From Chlorokybus atmophyticus (taxonomy: Eukaryota; Plantae; Mesostigma and Chlorokybus algae): a DNA stretch of 64,000 nt. A model generated the notes under the pieces. It was not told where the DNA came from. It saw nothing but the letters and a program-made list of their open reading frames with translations, and did no database searches. The stretch is from positions 349,612 through 413,611 of the forward strand of contig RHPI01000193.1 of NCBI GenBank assembly GCA_009103225.1. The letters are read 5' to 3'. Positions 11,371-23,815 of this stretch are shown here, piece after piece. Position numbers and translations under genes: made by a program. The stretch's first letter is position 1, and every line of letters begins with the position of its first letter.

Positions 11371-13946
11371 TCAAGCCTTACCAATGCTATGATCATGCAC
11401 AAACTGTACCACAACAACCGTGCAGTTGTCATTGCATCGCCTCTCACGCACGGCCTCTCTTACAAGGCGCCTCGCGCATTGCTCAACGGAAGCCCCTTGT
11501 TCCATCTGTACTAGCCACAATGTTAGCACGACATTGACAAGTACAACTAAGCATGATTACCGCCCCAAGATCAACCGAAAATATATGCAAGACGCAAGAA
11601 GACAACTGCCATTGTACCATAGCACACACATATGCCCACACACATGCAGGCACACGCAGGCATGCGCGTGTGCGCGCACACATGCGCGCGCGAACACGCA
11701 CACTTGTGCAAACAATTGCACACTCAGATGTAACGGAAACCTGTTCTAAGACGAAGTTCACGGCGTCCTGCGGGCTGAACACACGCCAGAGGCCGTCGCA
11801 GGCCAGCAGCGCGAAGGCGTCGCGCGGAGAGAGGGCGAAGGAGCAGACGGCCGGCAAGGCAATCACACCTGACTGCGCAAGGATTGATTGGTCTGTTGAT
11901 AGTAAATTTGATACGGTGACCCACTGAGTATGTGACTGAGTTAAAGAGAATGTGAGAGAGTGAGAACATGAGAGCGTGAGGTGGAAGTTTGCATTGCACT
12001 CGGTTTTGTCAGCAAAGGTCCACTACTTGTATATACGTGCTGAGGCTCAACAAAGCTTTGTGGTGCTCAGCAACATACCTGCTTGAAGGGTCTGTCGCCG
12101 AGAGCCCGCGACACCTCCAGTCGGCCCAGCACCCTCCCTGCCGCGGAGACGTACCCGCCGGCCTGTTGATGGTAACACTTCTCATACACACATGCGCGTG
12201 CACACACCCGCTCGCGGACACATGCACATGATGCACACATGCATAAGCGAGCACGCGCACGCACGCGCGTCCTCGTACAGGCATGTGCGTGTGCAAGCAT
12301 GCACACACGCGTGCACAGACGTATAGAGGCACGCATTTGCTGCACACATGTATGCACATGCGCGCACACGCGCGCAGATGCACGATCATGCACATAACAT
12401 CAAACGACATGCATACGTGTGCATATAGTAGTGTAGTGCTGACAATGTGTGCAAGGGCACACTTGTGACCAGTTAACACACGCCACAGACCTTAATCATC
12501 AAACCTTATCAATGCGCGCGCGTTCTGCAGGAAATATCCCCTTATGCTCTTTGGTCAGCACGATAGCCTTGAAGTTGATATCAGCGCTAGCATTGTTGAT
12601 ATCACCATCCGCCCGTCTGGCGAGAACAGCTTTGGCGTCGCCGACGTTGGCAATGTGGACAACGCCGGAGCTGCTCTGCACCCACATGCACACGGCCGTG
12701 CAGCCGTCAACCCAACCTCCTGAAGAGAGAAGAGTTGTGGTTGTGTCAAGACAAGCACAATGTGGACAACTAACCGACATGCAGCAGCACTTGCACACAC
12801 ATGCACGCAGACGCGCGTGCACACGCGCGCGCATATGCGTAGGCACAATTGCGATCACGTACACAGGCGCGTACGCGCACACCCACGAACGCACGCGTGC
12901 ACACACACACACACACACGCGCAGTGTAAACAAGGGTTCAGCAGTTGGCTTTGTCTGTGTTCGTGAGTGATGTGCAACCAAACAACAACAACAACAACCT
13001 ACCCGCACTGCTCTCCGCCAGTATCTCCGCATCCAACCCCTTGAACCCCTCCACAATCGCCGTTCTCATCTCCTTGCTCGCATCCTCACTCCCGCTCGCT
13101 CTCATTTTTAACAACTGCACTCTCACATGGATGTCGAGCTTGCTTGCGGCGAAATCGGCGGCACGACAGCCCGCGTGGCCATCAAACACAGCCACGTAGT
13201 CGATATCAGAGTTGTCATCGTTGTTGTACTTGGGGGTGGTGGTGTTGGTGTTGTGCGTGGTGGTGTTGGTGGGTGTGTGGAGTTGTATGATGTGTGCGTC
13301 TTCCATCTCGTGGCGGGTGCCTTTGTCTTCTGCTGCGCCCGCCACCACACGCACCCTCGTGTTATTGTTGCTGTTGTTGTGTACTTTCAGTGAGTCCTGT
13401 TGTGTCTGTGGTTGTGGTTGTGTCTGTGCTTGAGTTGTTATGTTTGTGTTTGTTGCGGTTGATGTTGCCTGCTTGTTGGCTGTTGCGGCTGCTGTTAGCG
13501 CCGCAAACAAGTCCTCACTGCAACAAAGACAAACAAGTGAGAATCAAGTAAGCAGCAATCCATTAGTGGAAAGCGTACGTTACACAATCACATTCTTTAA
13601 CACTTGGAGACAAGAAGCCAACGAGCAGTCACAAACAATGACGTAAATAGTAAAAATACAAACAGAAAGCACAGAAAGAACACAGACAAACACGCACGTC
13701 AAGAGTAACTACGTTTAACACAATACAGCATACACAAGAGGTGCTATACATTGCACCGAAGTGTGCACGCTTAAGAAGGGCATTGTTGTTATGCATGAAG
13801 GGCATTGTTGTTATGCATGCAGCGTGCCTCACTCACCCACCGGAAGGTTTGGCACGCTTGGGCGGCGGCGGATCTGCGGGGCCCGCCAGTTCTTTCCCCT
13901 CCTCCCCCTCCTCCTCTTCATCGCCGTCATCGCCGAACATGTCCAT
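11371..13946 (-). CDS. Protein phosphatase 2C, ILKAP-like; 6 exons: 13946-13837, 13517-13003, 12719-12505, 12162-12079, 11872-11741, 11505-11371
   Basis: Phase-consistent GT-AG splicing yields G.R.EMED, VAVFDGHAGCRAADF, DGCTAV, HIANVGDAKAVLAR, GRVLGRLEVSRALGD, LLACDGLW and the terminal RRCNDNCTVVVV, i.e. all PP2C metal-binding motifs. Confidence 0.92.
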
Positions 13947-14166
13947 CGCGCCCACCGCCGCCGCCGCCAAGTTCACTCCTTACCTACTTCTTCGCATTAT
14001 TTTCACACAATGTCTTGCTTTTCCGTGATGCCCGCCTGCGAGCTTCCCTGGCGTTTCTCAGCGCGCGCCACAGCAATTTTTCAGTGTCATATTTTCCAGA
14101 ACAATATCCCACACATTTCTCTGCGCATTTTGGTCGTCGTCCTTGTCGTCACCGGCCGCCGCCACC
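13947..14166. promoter_or_regulatory. Compact bidirectional promoter/5'UTR region between PP2C and LPA3
   Basis: Divergent start codons (13946 on -, 14167 on +) are only 220 bp apart. Confidence 0.6.
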
Positions 14167-16919
14167 ATGTCGTCAGTAGTAGCTGTGACTGCGCTTGGAG
14201 CCAGATGGACTCCACAACGCTCGCTGAAGGTAGCATGCCTCGGCAGCATTGGACATGGCAGCATGCATGCTGGCTGCTTTTCCGCACTGTTTTGGTAACA
14301 ATTCTCACTTGTGTTTTGTTATGCTTTAGCCACAGCGACAAAGAGGACGGCGACAAGGACAAGGACAAGAAGGAAAAGGAGGAGGAGGACGGCGTGATCA
14401 TACGGAAGCGAGGCTCACGGGGTTTCCGACAGACTATGGCGATGTCATATGGCAGGTGGGTCACAAAGTATCACAATGCACAATACACACATTGCAGAGG
14501 TACTTGTGATGACACATAAACATACACATACACACGCACACACGCATGCATGTATGTCTCTTTGTTGTTGTCGCGTGTAGGCTCAGAGGGCGACCAACGC
14601 CGCGCTCAACGACGGCGTAAAGCTGCTGGTAAAGTGTGTGATCTTTAACGCACTATTGTGTCCTTCTATTGAGTCAAAAGCAACAACAAGAATGACTATG
14701 ATAACAGGAGATAGAGTTTCCAACGGCGGGCGTTCGTTCCACAGCAGGTGAGAAGGTATTGCATGCACTGCGTCCATGTCGATGTCGTACACACATTACG
14801 CGCATGGTAAGCAGCTCGCAACGCGGGCACATGTGCATGTGGGCGTGTGCACATGTACCCAATGTGGTAACACGCATAGGTTGGCTTACCAACTCACCCA
14901 CACTCACGCACGCCGCCCCCCCACAACAGACGTACACACGACACACATTACACACGCAAACAGGTGATGGCGAGGGCGGGAGTGAGATGACGGCGAGCAT
15001 GCGCGCCGCGAGGGACCTATGCGAGGGGGGTTTCGGGGGGGACTATGGTGCTGAATCCGTGCGCGTGGTGAGTGAGTGAGTAAGTAAGTAAGTGAGTGGG
15101 GGTGAGTGGGGGTGAGTGGGTGGGTGGGAGAGAGTGAGGGAGTGTGAGTAAGTGAGTAGGTGTGGGTCAGAGAGAGTGAGTGAGTGAGTGAGTGGGTGAG
15201 TAAGTGGATCCCTGAGAAATGCACTCAGTCAAGCAAGTAACGAGTCGTTACTTAGTCTGCAAGCATGCACTGCACGTGTATGCGGACACACATGCACGCA
15301 CACACACACTCACGCACTGACAAACGCGCCCACACGCCCACCCCCCTCTCCACACACACATGTGCTAAACCAACCTTACTGGCCACCCACCCACACAGTT
15401 CTTCCCCGACGCCAACGAGCTCTCCGAAGCCAAGCGCTCCCTCTTCCGCTCTTCCCCCTGCCGACTCTCCCACCTGACGTCGCCGTCGGGGCTGAGCGAG
15501 ATACCCGGGTTCAGCGACAGGGTGGATTTCGGGAAGAAGGATGATGATAATAGAGGGGAGTGGGAGGAGGATAAGGTGTTCTTTGTGGCGTATCCGCATT
15601 TCAATGTGAATGAGATGATCGCGGGTGAGTGGGGGATGTGGAGACAGATACACACATGCGCACGCTTGCGCGTTACTGTACTCCTCACCCTTGTGCATGC
15701 GTGCGAGCGCGCATGCATGTGTGCGCGCACGCATGTGCAGCCGCACTAGTACACACAGCGCGTGCATGCGTATGCATGAGTCATCACTGTCACTTTGTCA
15801 ACACACCCACACTCACATCTCCCACCCTCTTCAGTCCAGGAGTTGTACGAATCCATAGCTCTTCCCGGCAACCAATCCCTGATCGTTCTCAACGGTGAGT
15901 TGGACCGCGTACGTTCCGGCTACTACCCCCGCTTCTTCTACCCGAAGCTCGGCCGCATGCGGGACGACTTCCTGCCCAAGTTCGAGACGGTGTACTACGT
16001 GCACAACTTCAAGGGACGAGAGGGAGGGGCGCTGTTTAGAGTGTATCCGGAGGCGTGGCAGGTGCGTGGGGTGGCATGGGTGGATGTGTACACGTGTGTG
16101 CATGTGTGTGTGCTTTCATGTCTGTCTCATGTGCGGGCTTCGAAAAGGCACGCGCGGGCTCATATACATAAGCACATGCACACACATATAAGCGCACACA
16201 TCTGCATGTGTACGCATGGGCGTACACATGCACACACGTGTGCGGGTGTGTGCACGCCCACATGTGTCCNNNNNNNNNNNNNNNNNNNNNNNNNNNNNNN
16301 NNNNNNNNNNNNNNNNNNNNNNNNNNNNNNNNNNNNNNNNNNNNNNNNNNNNNNNNNNNNNNNNNNNNNNNNNNNNNNNNNNNNNNNNNNNNNNNNNNNN
16401 NNNNNNNNNNNNNNNNNNNNNNNNNNNNNNNNNNNNNNNNNNNNNNNNNNNNNNNNNNNNNNNNNNNNNNNNNNNNNNNNNNNNNNNNNNNNNNNNNNNN
16501 NNNNNNNNNNNNNNNNNNNNNNNNNNNNNNNNNNNNNNNNNNNNNNNNNNNNNNNNNNNNNNNNNNNNNNNNNNNNNNNNNNNNNNNNNNNNNNNNNNNN
16601 NNNNCCCTCCACGTTCGTGCACACGCGCTTGCACAATTACAAATGCACGCACCGGCACAAGCAGCCACATGCGCACAACACACACGCTTTTATGCACACA
16701 TAACATACGCGCATTATGTGTGGCTGACTATGTTCAGCTGTATACCAACCTTCACACATTGTTGCATTGCGGTAAACACTGCACTGAACGTCAAAATTGT
16801 GGCAGGTATACAAGACTGAGTATGGGACGAACAGGTTGCAACTGGTACACACGCAGGAGGAGATGCCTTCCCTCAAGGAGGTTGCGCTGGACATACTGCC
16901 AGCCGTAGGTAGGAGGTAA
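14167..16919 (+). CDS. LPA3: LOW PSII ACCUMULATION 3 (DUF1995 family, plastid-targeted); exons 14167-14229, 14330-14455, 14581-14628, 14708-14747, 14964-15067, 15399-15624, 15835-16061, 16806-16919
   Basis: Spliced product contains FPTDY, EIEFPTAG, GDGEGGSEMTASM, FFPDANE, FFVAYPHFNVNEM, LNGELDRVRSGYYPRFFYPKL, FETVYYVHNFKG.EGGALFRVYPEAWQV and MPSLKEVALDILP, all characteristic of plant LPA3; Ser/Ala/Arg-rich N-terminus. Confidence 0.93.
16270..16604. other. Assembly gap (N run) within an LPA3 intron
   Basis: Run of n characters inside a CA/TG-rich tract. Confidence 0.99.
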
Positions 16920-17039
16920 AAGCACAGCATGCTGTAGTACTTGTGTACAACACTTGTTGTATCTCAACACCAAGATGATATACACATATATACCAGTACA
17001 GAGTCAAGAGTTTCTTGAAAGATTAGCAGCACATGTGTG

Positions 17040-17480
17040 ATGGTACCACATAGGTGTTGTGTGGGTACGAGCAAGCACAGTGCGCATGCCATGTGCATTC
17101 CTGTCTTAGATGTGGCCACATCACTTGGTTTGACTACTTGGGATGAAGCTTTGTGGACATTACCATCCGGCAGCGATTGCAATAACACACTAATGCCCTT
17201 GAGATTAGTGTACACACGCATACCCACATGCACAAGCAAGCGCCACCACCACATTGATTGAATGAGCAATCGGGCCCTCGGTTGTAGGCATAGACACTGA
17301 TTGCAGACATTCATTGCCGGTTGTGCAAATGAACATGCCCGCGGCATATATAGAGGAGAGCAATGCAACACTGAAGTAGGTGGCGACCATATGTGAAGAT
17401 GACTGTCAACCAGCAACCAACCACATTGCAACCAAGCAAGGTACTCGCAAGGGCTGGACCGGGGGCCCGTAACACGCCTC
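17040..17480 (-). repeat. Dispersed repeat, copy 1 (copy 2 at 32515-32910, opposite orientation); possibly a decayed L1-type LINE 3' end
   Basis: Clear nucleotide similarity, e.g. ggttgctggttga..gtcatcttca.atatgg..gccacctacttc and gcgcttgcttgtgcatgtggg. Both copies translate to WLLVD.HLH.W.PPTS / VCNQCLC / LIQS.WW.RLLVHVG. Confidence 0.75.
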
Positions 17481-18049
17481 AATCATCTACTATCGGTGGA
17501 GTATGGCTGCATGAGACGAGCTACATGCCCCATGATCACAGATCTTTCCATGAGTCAAAAGTTACGGAATGTGCAGACCTTACGCTTGTGATGGTGATGT
17601 GCAAGCCAATGGATAACTTGAACCACGGCCAGGGCCCACGGGCTCTGTACACAACACACCTTATCATATATCATTATTATGCGTTGTGTATGTATGCAAT
17701 GATGCAAGCATACAAATAACTTACCAAGCCTTTACGCTACACGTCGTAGAGGCTTGGTTATTGTACAGGAGATGTAGCAATACAGCACATTGTGCTGCTA
17801 ATTGTTTGCATTTGCAAATGTTTTAATGCACGAGTACATGCATCATTTGTATGATAATGACCCAAATGTTACGGCAATGTCAATCACCGCGGCGTACTAC
17901 TAGTTGTTGGCCTTTTATACTTAGCGTGCATATACGCATCATATACATTGATGTCAATCACAATATAAAAACAATGTAATATGATCTTTATACAACACGC
18001 ATGTTCACTGTGTTTTATCATTCCAACAAGGGCGTTTGCTTGTCATAAG

Positions 18050-18480
18050 AATAAAAATATCAGCCCGTATGCCATGTCATTTTGGGACATGTGTACAGTA
18101 TATGCTGATACCTATAACACGACTTTCGCTGTTAGCAAAAGCGCTGGATAGTGTCACGCCGCGCGTTATAATAAACCGTAAAACCGCGACGCCTCCTCTT
18201 ATGGTAGCGACTGTTGATATCATGGCCGAGATTGCAAATAAGGCGCCGTATTATACATGACATCATGTCACATGCAAATGAAACATACATTATGATGATT
18301 AAGAACCAAGCATGCAATAATTTTACCCACAGCTTTTTCAACTTTGTACGCTTGCTCATTTAAACAATGAGCCACCCTTCGGCAGACAGAGCATATGTAT
18401 CGAAAATGTCAGCAATGCGTGCAGCATGCGTCCACCATTTTGCAAGAGTCTCACGCATGTCACACCACAAGCTATAGCCA
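18050..18480 (-). mobile_element. Possible Penelope-like RT palm/thumb relic
   Basis: HFRYI (18408-18394) followed by ..VSF..D......DINSRYHKR..GFTV; weak, AT-rich and decayed. Confidence 0.28.
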
Positions 18481-19280
18481 TGGCACAAATCTTTGCCTTA
18501 ATGCGACCATGTGTGTGCTCTCATTGTGTGCTTGCAATCTCATATTTTTGCTTTACAATTATTTGATTAAGTGATGTTTCTCTCTTATGTGATGCTATTC
18601 GGGATCACTTGCTATTCATAGAAAATTGTTATAGTATAACTCTATTGCCAAATGAGTCTTTACACAAGAGAGCTACTTGTTGACGGTTTCAAAAAAGGTT
18701 GGACATTATATGTTGCATCCTGCAGGGTATTATGTAGATCTTGAGTTGAATGCTATTGCATCTTTCGTTAGCTTTTGGGGAGCTTCCTTTGTTGTGCGGA
18801 AGTTCATGCAATCCCGACACAAGCATGCCATATAGAAATACCGCTTCGACGCCTTGCCGCAAGCAGTCATCAGTTACCGCCGGCAATGCCGCAATCAGAG
18901 CTTCAATTAGGCTTCCCCGCTACTGCCTGCTGTATGAAGCGCAACAACCCGTCGCGCAGATCTTAGCATAGATTGTAACACCGGATTCTGCTGCCACTTT
19001 TGCGTGCAAGTTGTTCACAAGTGCTGTGGATCAGCTTGCCGGCTGCGGCGGCGGCAGTGGCGGCCAGGGAGAAGGTCACGGAGTAGGTGAAGGAAAAGAA
19101 GCACGACGAGTAGATAGGGAAGGCTGTCGTGAAAAGAAAGAGGTGGAGGTGGAGGTGAAACTTGGGACAATATCAGCACAGCAGGAGGGTCACTGGCAGT
19201 GCTGCACTGCTGTCTGTCTTAACTGTAGCTTGCTGAGCTGCAGCTGGTGCTTGTTGTTGTTAGTCGTGGTGTTGTCAGCC

Positions 19281-22200
19281 ATGGGGCTGGGGGGCGGGCT
19301 GTTGTGGTGGACTCTCGGCCTGGTGCCATGGCTGGGCATCGGCCTTGCAATCGGGGCCTCATTCCCTCTGTTATACAACGGGTTCCTCCGCCGCCGCACC
19401 GACGCCCGCAAGCAAGCGGTGAGCTGCTTTGCAAACCTATGTCTGGCCACCAGCTGTCTGTTTTGAAGTTAGGGTTTCTTGTTGCGTCGTTTGCATAACT
19501 AATCGCAAGTAACAATGCTTGCGCACATGACAGATGGTGGATGCGCATTCCCTTTCAGCTATCGATGCCGCAGGGCTGCGCAAGCTGCTGGGCTCACATG
19601 CACCGTCTTGGGCAATTATGCAGACTGCTGGAGGCGTGCAAAAGGTGCGTGCACGCGCGAGCGTGTGTGTGCATGCACACGTGCGTCATTGCATATGTGC
19701 TTGTGCATGTGCGTGCATGTGTTAATTATCGAGAGTCGGCATACAGCACAAAGCCGTTTGCAATCACAGTTGAGCCCAGCCAAGCTTCGTGTTCAATATT
19801 GCACGGACATGCCAGGATCTGTTGGCATCAATCAGTGTTGTTGGCCATCAGTTCGGGGAACATTAGCAGCGTTGGAGCTTGCGCTGTTTAAGAGATCAAC
19901 CAGATTAACCAGATTAACAGGTTCCTAGTTGGGTGGAACGTTTCATGAATGTTAGGCGCGACATATACTTGCAAACCCACTTCCGCGGTCAAGCAAGCCA
20001 GCTAATGTTGTCGCACATACTGACACTACTCCACATTGAGTACTGCGCTGATTGAGAACACGTGTCCTGATTAGAATGACCTCGTCGTTCATTACATAGC
20101 AGTAGCAAAATTATGGGTCAATCCTGCATTAGCTGCTTAGAGATTGATGAACGGGACTTGACTGCCTTCAAATTCATGTTTTGGGCGTTACTTTGTGTCA
20201 ATCATCGTGTGCGCAACAACAGTCGCACATACAGCTGACATCTATTACCATTCACAAGTGCATTGTATGTGGTTTGACATGTGTTTCCTCGTCACCGGTC
20301 TCTGCTGGCGTGCTCTTGATGCCACCTGCAGCAAGCACTGTCACATCCTATGCATATATATTGTACTTTCTGGCAGGTCAAATGGTTGAACAATATGGTG
20401 GCGGAAATGTGGACCAACCTTGACAAGGTATGCATGCGTTGACATGTCATTCCACTGACTTGCGCTGCACACCTTGACTTTGTCATGATAGTGATAGTTA
20501 TCGTAACCTGCATTCTTATCAACAGGCAGTCTCCAAGATTGTCGTGGATTCAGTGACTCCAATCTTGCAAGCAAGCAAGCCGGCATTCATTGAGTCCCTC
20601 ACATTTGAGAACTTCAGCCTCGGCAAAGTGCCCCCAACAGTGGAAGGTGATATGATGTAAACTCTGTTGCTGCGAATAATGCATGGCAGATGTGCAATTT
20701 GAGTGTCTGGCCTAGAGTGTGGTACCTGTACATCAGTCCCGTGCAAACGGTTATCTGTGTGTGATGCAGGTGTGGAAGTCGTTGAAACCCCTGATGAGGA
20801 AGCAGTCATCATTGAGATGGAAGTGAAGTGGGATGGAGACCCGCAGATCGTGCTTCATGTGCGCACAAGTTTCATGTCCCTCAATGCCAAGGTACATACA
20901 TACATTGCTCCCATAGCGCTGAATATCATGTTAGTTTTTTGGACTCATAACTGCGCCGTCCTTGTTTAGCTTGTTGTGTAATAACTAAATGTGCCATCCC
21001 TTCAGGTCACAGATTGGATCATGAGGATGAAGTTGAGGTTTATGTTGAGGCCGCTGATGAACGAGCTGCCGGTGGTGGGCTGCGTGGTGATGACATTGAC
21101 TGAGAAGCCAGAGATGGATTTCACAATAGACGCTTTGGGAGGCAGCCTTCAAGCAATCCCCGGCCTGGATGCAACCATTGACAGTATTATCCGTGATAAC
21201 GTTGGCAGCCAGCTCGTTTGGCCCCGCCGAATTGTCATTCCATTGGATGGCAAAGACCACAGGTGGGTATTGTGGAAGCTGGCAAGCGTGTGTCCATGCA
21301 AGTGGTTACAACAATTTCGCTCATCGTTGCTCATGGTTGGTTGTGCGCAGCGAGCTCAACATGCACCCTGTTGGCATGTTGCAAATCAAACTGATAGATG
21401 GCCACAACTTTGTCAACCTGGACATCATCGGCAAGTCAAACCCAAAGGTCTACTTCAGTGTGAATCCAACCATCCATGTAAGTGTGCTTACATCACATGT
21501 AGTCCTGTCGCTGGGTGTGCTGCGTGTTCTTGAGCTGAGTGCCAATCACTCTGCAGGTCAAGTCCAAGGCCTATAATGCGGGTCTGCTCAAGCGCGGCGC
21601 TCTCAATCCTGTGTGGAATGAGGAGTTTTTTTTGCCTGTTGAAGATTACAAGACGCAAACGCTGCTATTGCGAGTAAGTCTGGCAACCGTTGGTACTACT
21701 GTCCAGGCAGTCATGCGTGTTGATGTTGTAATCCCCCCCNNNNNNNNNNNNNNNNNNNNNNNNNNNNNNNNNNNNNNNNNNNNNNNNNNNNNNNNNNNNN
21801 NNNNNNNNNNNNNNNNNNNNNNNNNNNNNNNNNNNNNNNNNNNNNNNNNCCCCCCCCCCCCCCCCGCCGCCGTGCAGGTTATGGATGATGACAAGTTCAA
21901 GGAGGATGAGTTGATGGGCGTCACGAATGTGAAGCTGACAGATCTGACACCTGGCCAGGTGCACATTGGACTTGGTTAAAGGGCATGCATCATTACCATC
22001 ATTAACACCAAAACATGTACACTCCACGTTGTCATCCACATCAATGTGCTTACTCGTTATATGGACTTGATGTGTATAGTAATACTGATGAAGTACTGGC
22101 AAGCGGGAAGGGGGGGGGGGGGGGGGAAGGGTTAGAGTTGATCACCAGTGCATTCAGCTCGTTGCTTCGCTCTTCTGTCATGGCAATCACCCGATGTGGC

Positions 22201-22806
22201 CTCTGCACCTTTCCAGGAGAAAGAATTTGAGCAGGACATATTCAAGAAGCCCGGCACGTCAGAGCCTCCACGAGGGCGGATCCACTTTAAGGTGACCTAC
22301 AAGCAGCTCAACCCGCAGGAGGTGAAGGAGACAATGAAGAAGTACGAAACATTCTATGGCAACCCGGACGCGCCAGGGCCGAGCGCGGGAACAACCCAAG
22401 TCAAGATGGATCCTGCGGGCAAAGCCGCGACAGCGCAGTCAACATCGCCAGCCGCGGGCAAAGCCGCCGCAGCGCAGTCGCCGACGCCAGCCAAGTTTCC
22501 CTCTGTTGATGAGTCAGTTCGCAAGTCCACCCCGGCACCTGCACTTAGCCCCTTGGTCAGCCCTTCACAGGTGTGCATATGTGGATTGTCGTCGTGCAGT
22601 TTATCAGTCAACTTACTCAGACTATAGGGGAAAACCATGAGAATGTCAAATGGACTGCATCTGAACTCATACACGCATTCAATCTGGCAATTGTTCATCT
22701 GTTGTTCAATCTTACAATTGTGTGTGTGCAGGACCCTCTGTTGAACATCATTGAACCGTCCAAGTTGACAGCTATAGGCACGCCACCGCGCGTGACCGAC
22801 TTGTGA
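19281..22806 (+). CDS. Synaptotagmin-like TM-SMP-C2 lipid-transfer protein (plant SYT/CLB1 family), about 11 exons; 3' end uncertain
   Basis: N-terminal TM (MGLGGGLLWWTLGLVPWLGIGLAIG), SMP motifs (VKWLNNMVAEMW, IESLTFENFSLGKVPPTVEG, EMEVKWDGDP, EKPEMDFT..LGGSLQAIPGL, WPRRIVIPL) and C2 motifs (GMLQIKLIDG, DIIGKSNP, LNPVWNEEF, DDDKFKEDELMG, RGRIHFKVTYK). Canonical splice sites. Confidence 0.88.
21740..21849. other. Assembly gap (N run) between poly-C tracts in an intron
   Basis: Run of n characters. Confidence 0.99.
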
Positions 22807-23601
22807 GAACTGCGCACGCTGGCTAGTCTAGTTGCAGGAAAGCTACAGGTTGTGTTGCGACAGTCCAGTGTTGGTACAGTTGATAGGACTGTCTTCAGGT
22901 ACTCGTTGTACATATCCCCATGGCCACGGTGCATTGCTTGTTGCTTTCTCTTGTTTGTTGAGGTCGTTGTTGTGCACAGTTTCACCTGGTGTCCTCCATT
23001 GCAAGGTTGTTACGATGACCATGCGCTGTGCTACTGCAGTGGGTTGTAAGCAGCAAGTCGGCGTTGATCGAGTTGCTGGACATGTTCTCTGCCCAACAGT
23101 TGTGCTTGTGGGTGATGGCATGGAGTTGTGAGTAGCTATGTATTTGCACGCGCGAGTGTACAAAAGGGGTACGCTGCTGTGCCAGCATGTATGTGCAACA
23201 ACACTTGTGTGACTCAAGCTAGATAGTATAGCACATCACATCACCGCATACAACAAAGCAAGCAAGCAGTGGCAGGGTTTGCTCCTCAACAGAACGCACA
23301 GGAACGGTTAGTTGTTGGTGGTAGCAAGCAAGTAAGCTAAGCAACAACAACCATGGCGTGGTGCTGGGGCCCAACAGCATTACGCCCGGTCAAGAAGCGG
23401 CGGAGCAAGATAAGCGCCCCACCTGAGACAGTAGCGCCACAGTCAGAAACTTGCCTAAGTGGGCAAGTTAAATCGTGACCTCCAGAGTTTACAGTCTGAA
23501 TGTTTGGGTTGCACGCGTGTGAAATGTGGTGTGTGACCCAAGCAGTCATTTGCTAGCATTGGCGTGTGAGTTAGTCAAAACAGATAGTAGCCAGGAGCAT
23601 A

Positions 23602-23815
23602 CCGTAGTGCCGAGATCTATCATTTTATTATATACAAAAGGAACGGTGACAAAAGTTTTTACCCCATTCTCAGCGAGCAACACTATGTTATGCATTGAAT
23701 ACATGACAAACCCCAACCCAATATTAATGCAGTCTGGGGCAATCGACGAATTTTAAACTATATATCCAATAATAAATTCAAAAAAGCAAGTGACGGATAG
23801 TCCCCGGCACCACGG
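23602..23815. mobile_element. 214-bp Tc1/mariner-pogo-type MITE with TA target duplication
   Basis: TA|ccgtagtgccgagatctatc ... gatagtccccggcaccacgg|TA; about 20-bp imperfect TIR and an AT-rich interior. Confidence 0.72.

Noticed and set aside
15795-16908. Long ORFs spanning N runs (also at 8841-9247, 21539-22102, 44492-44864)
   Set aside because: Open only because N codons cannot be stops; only the spliced exons are supported.
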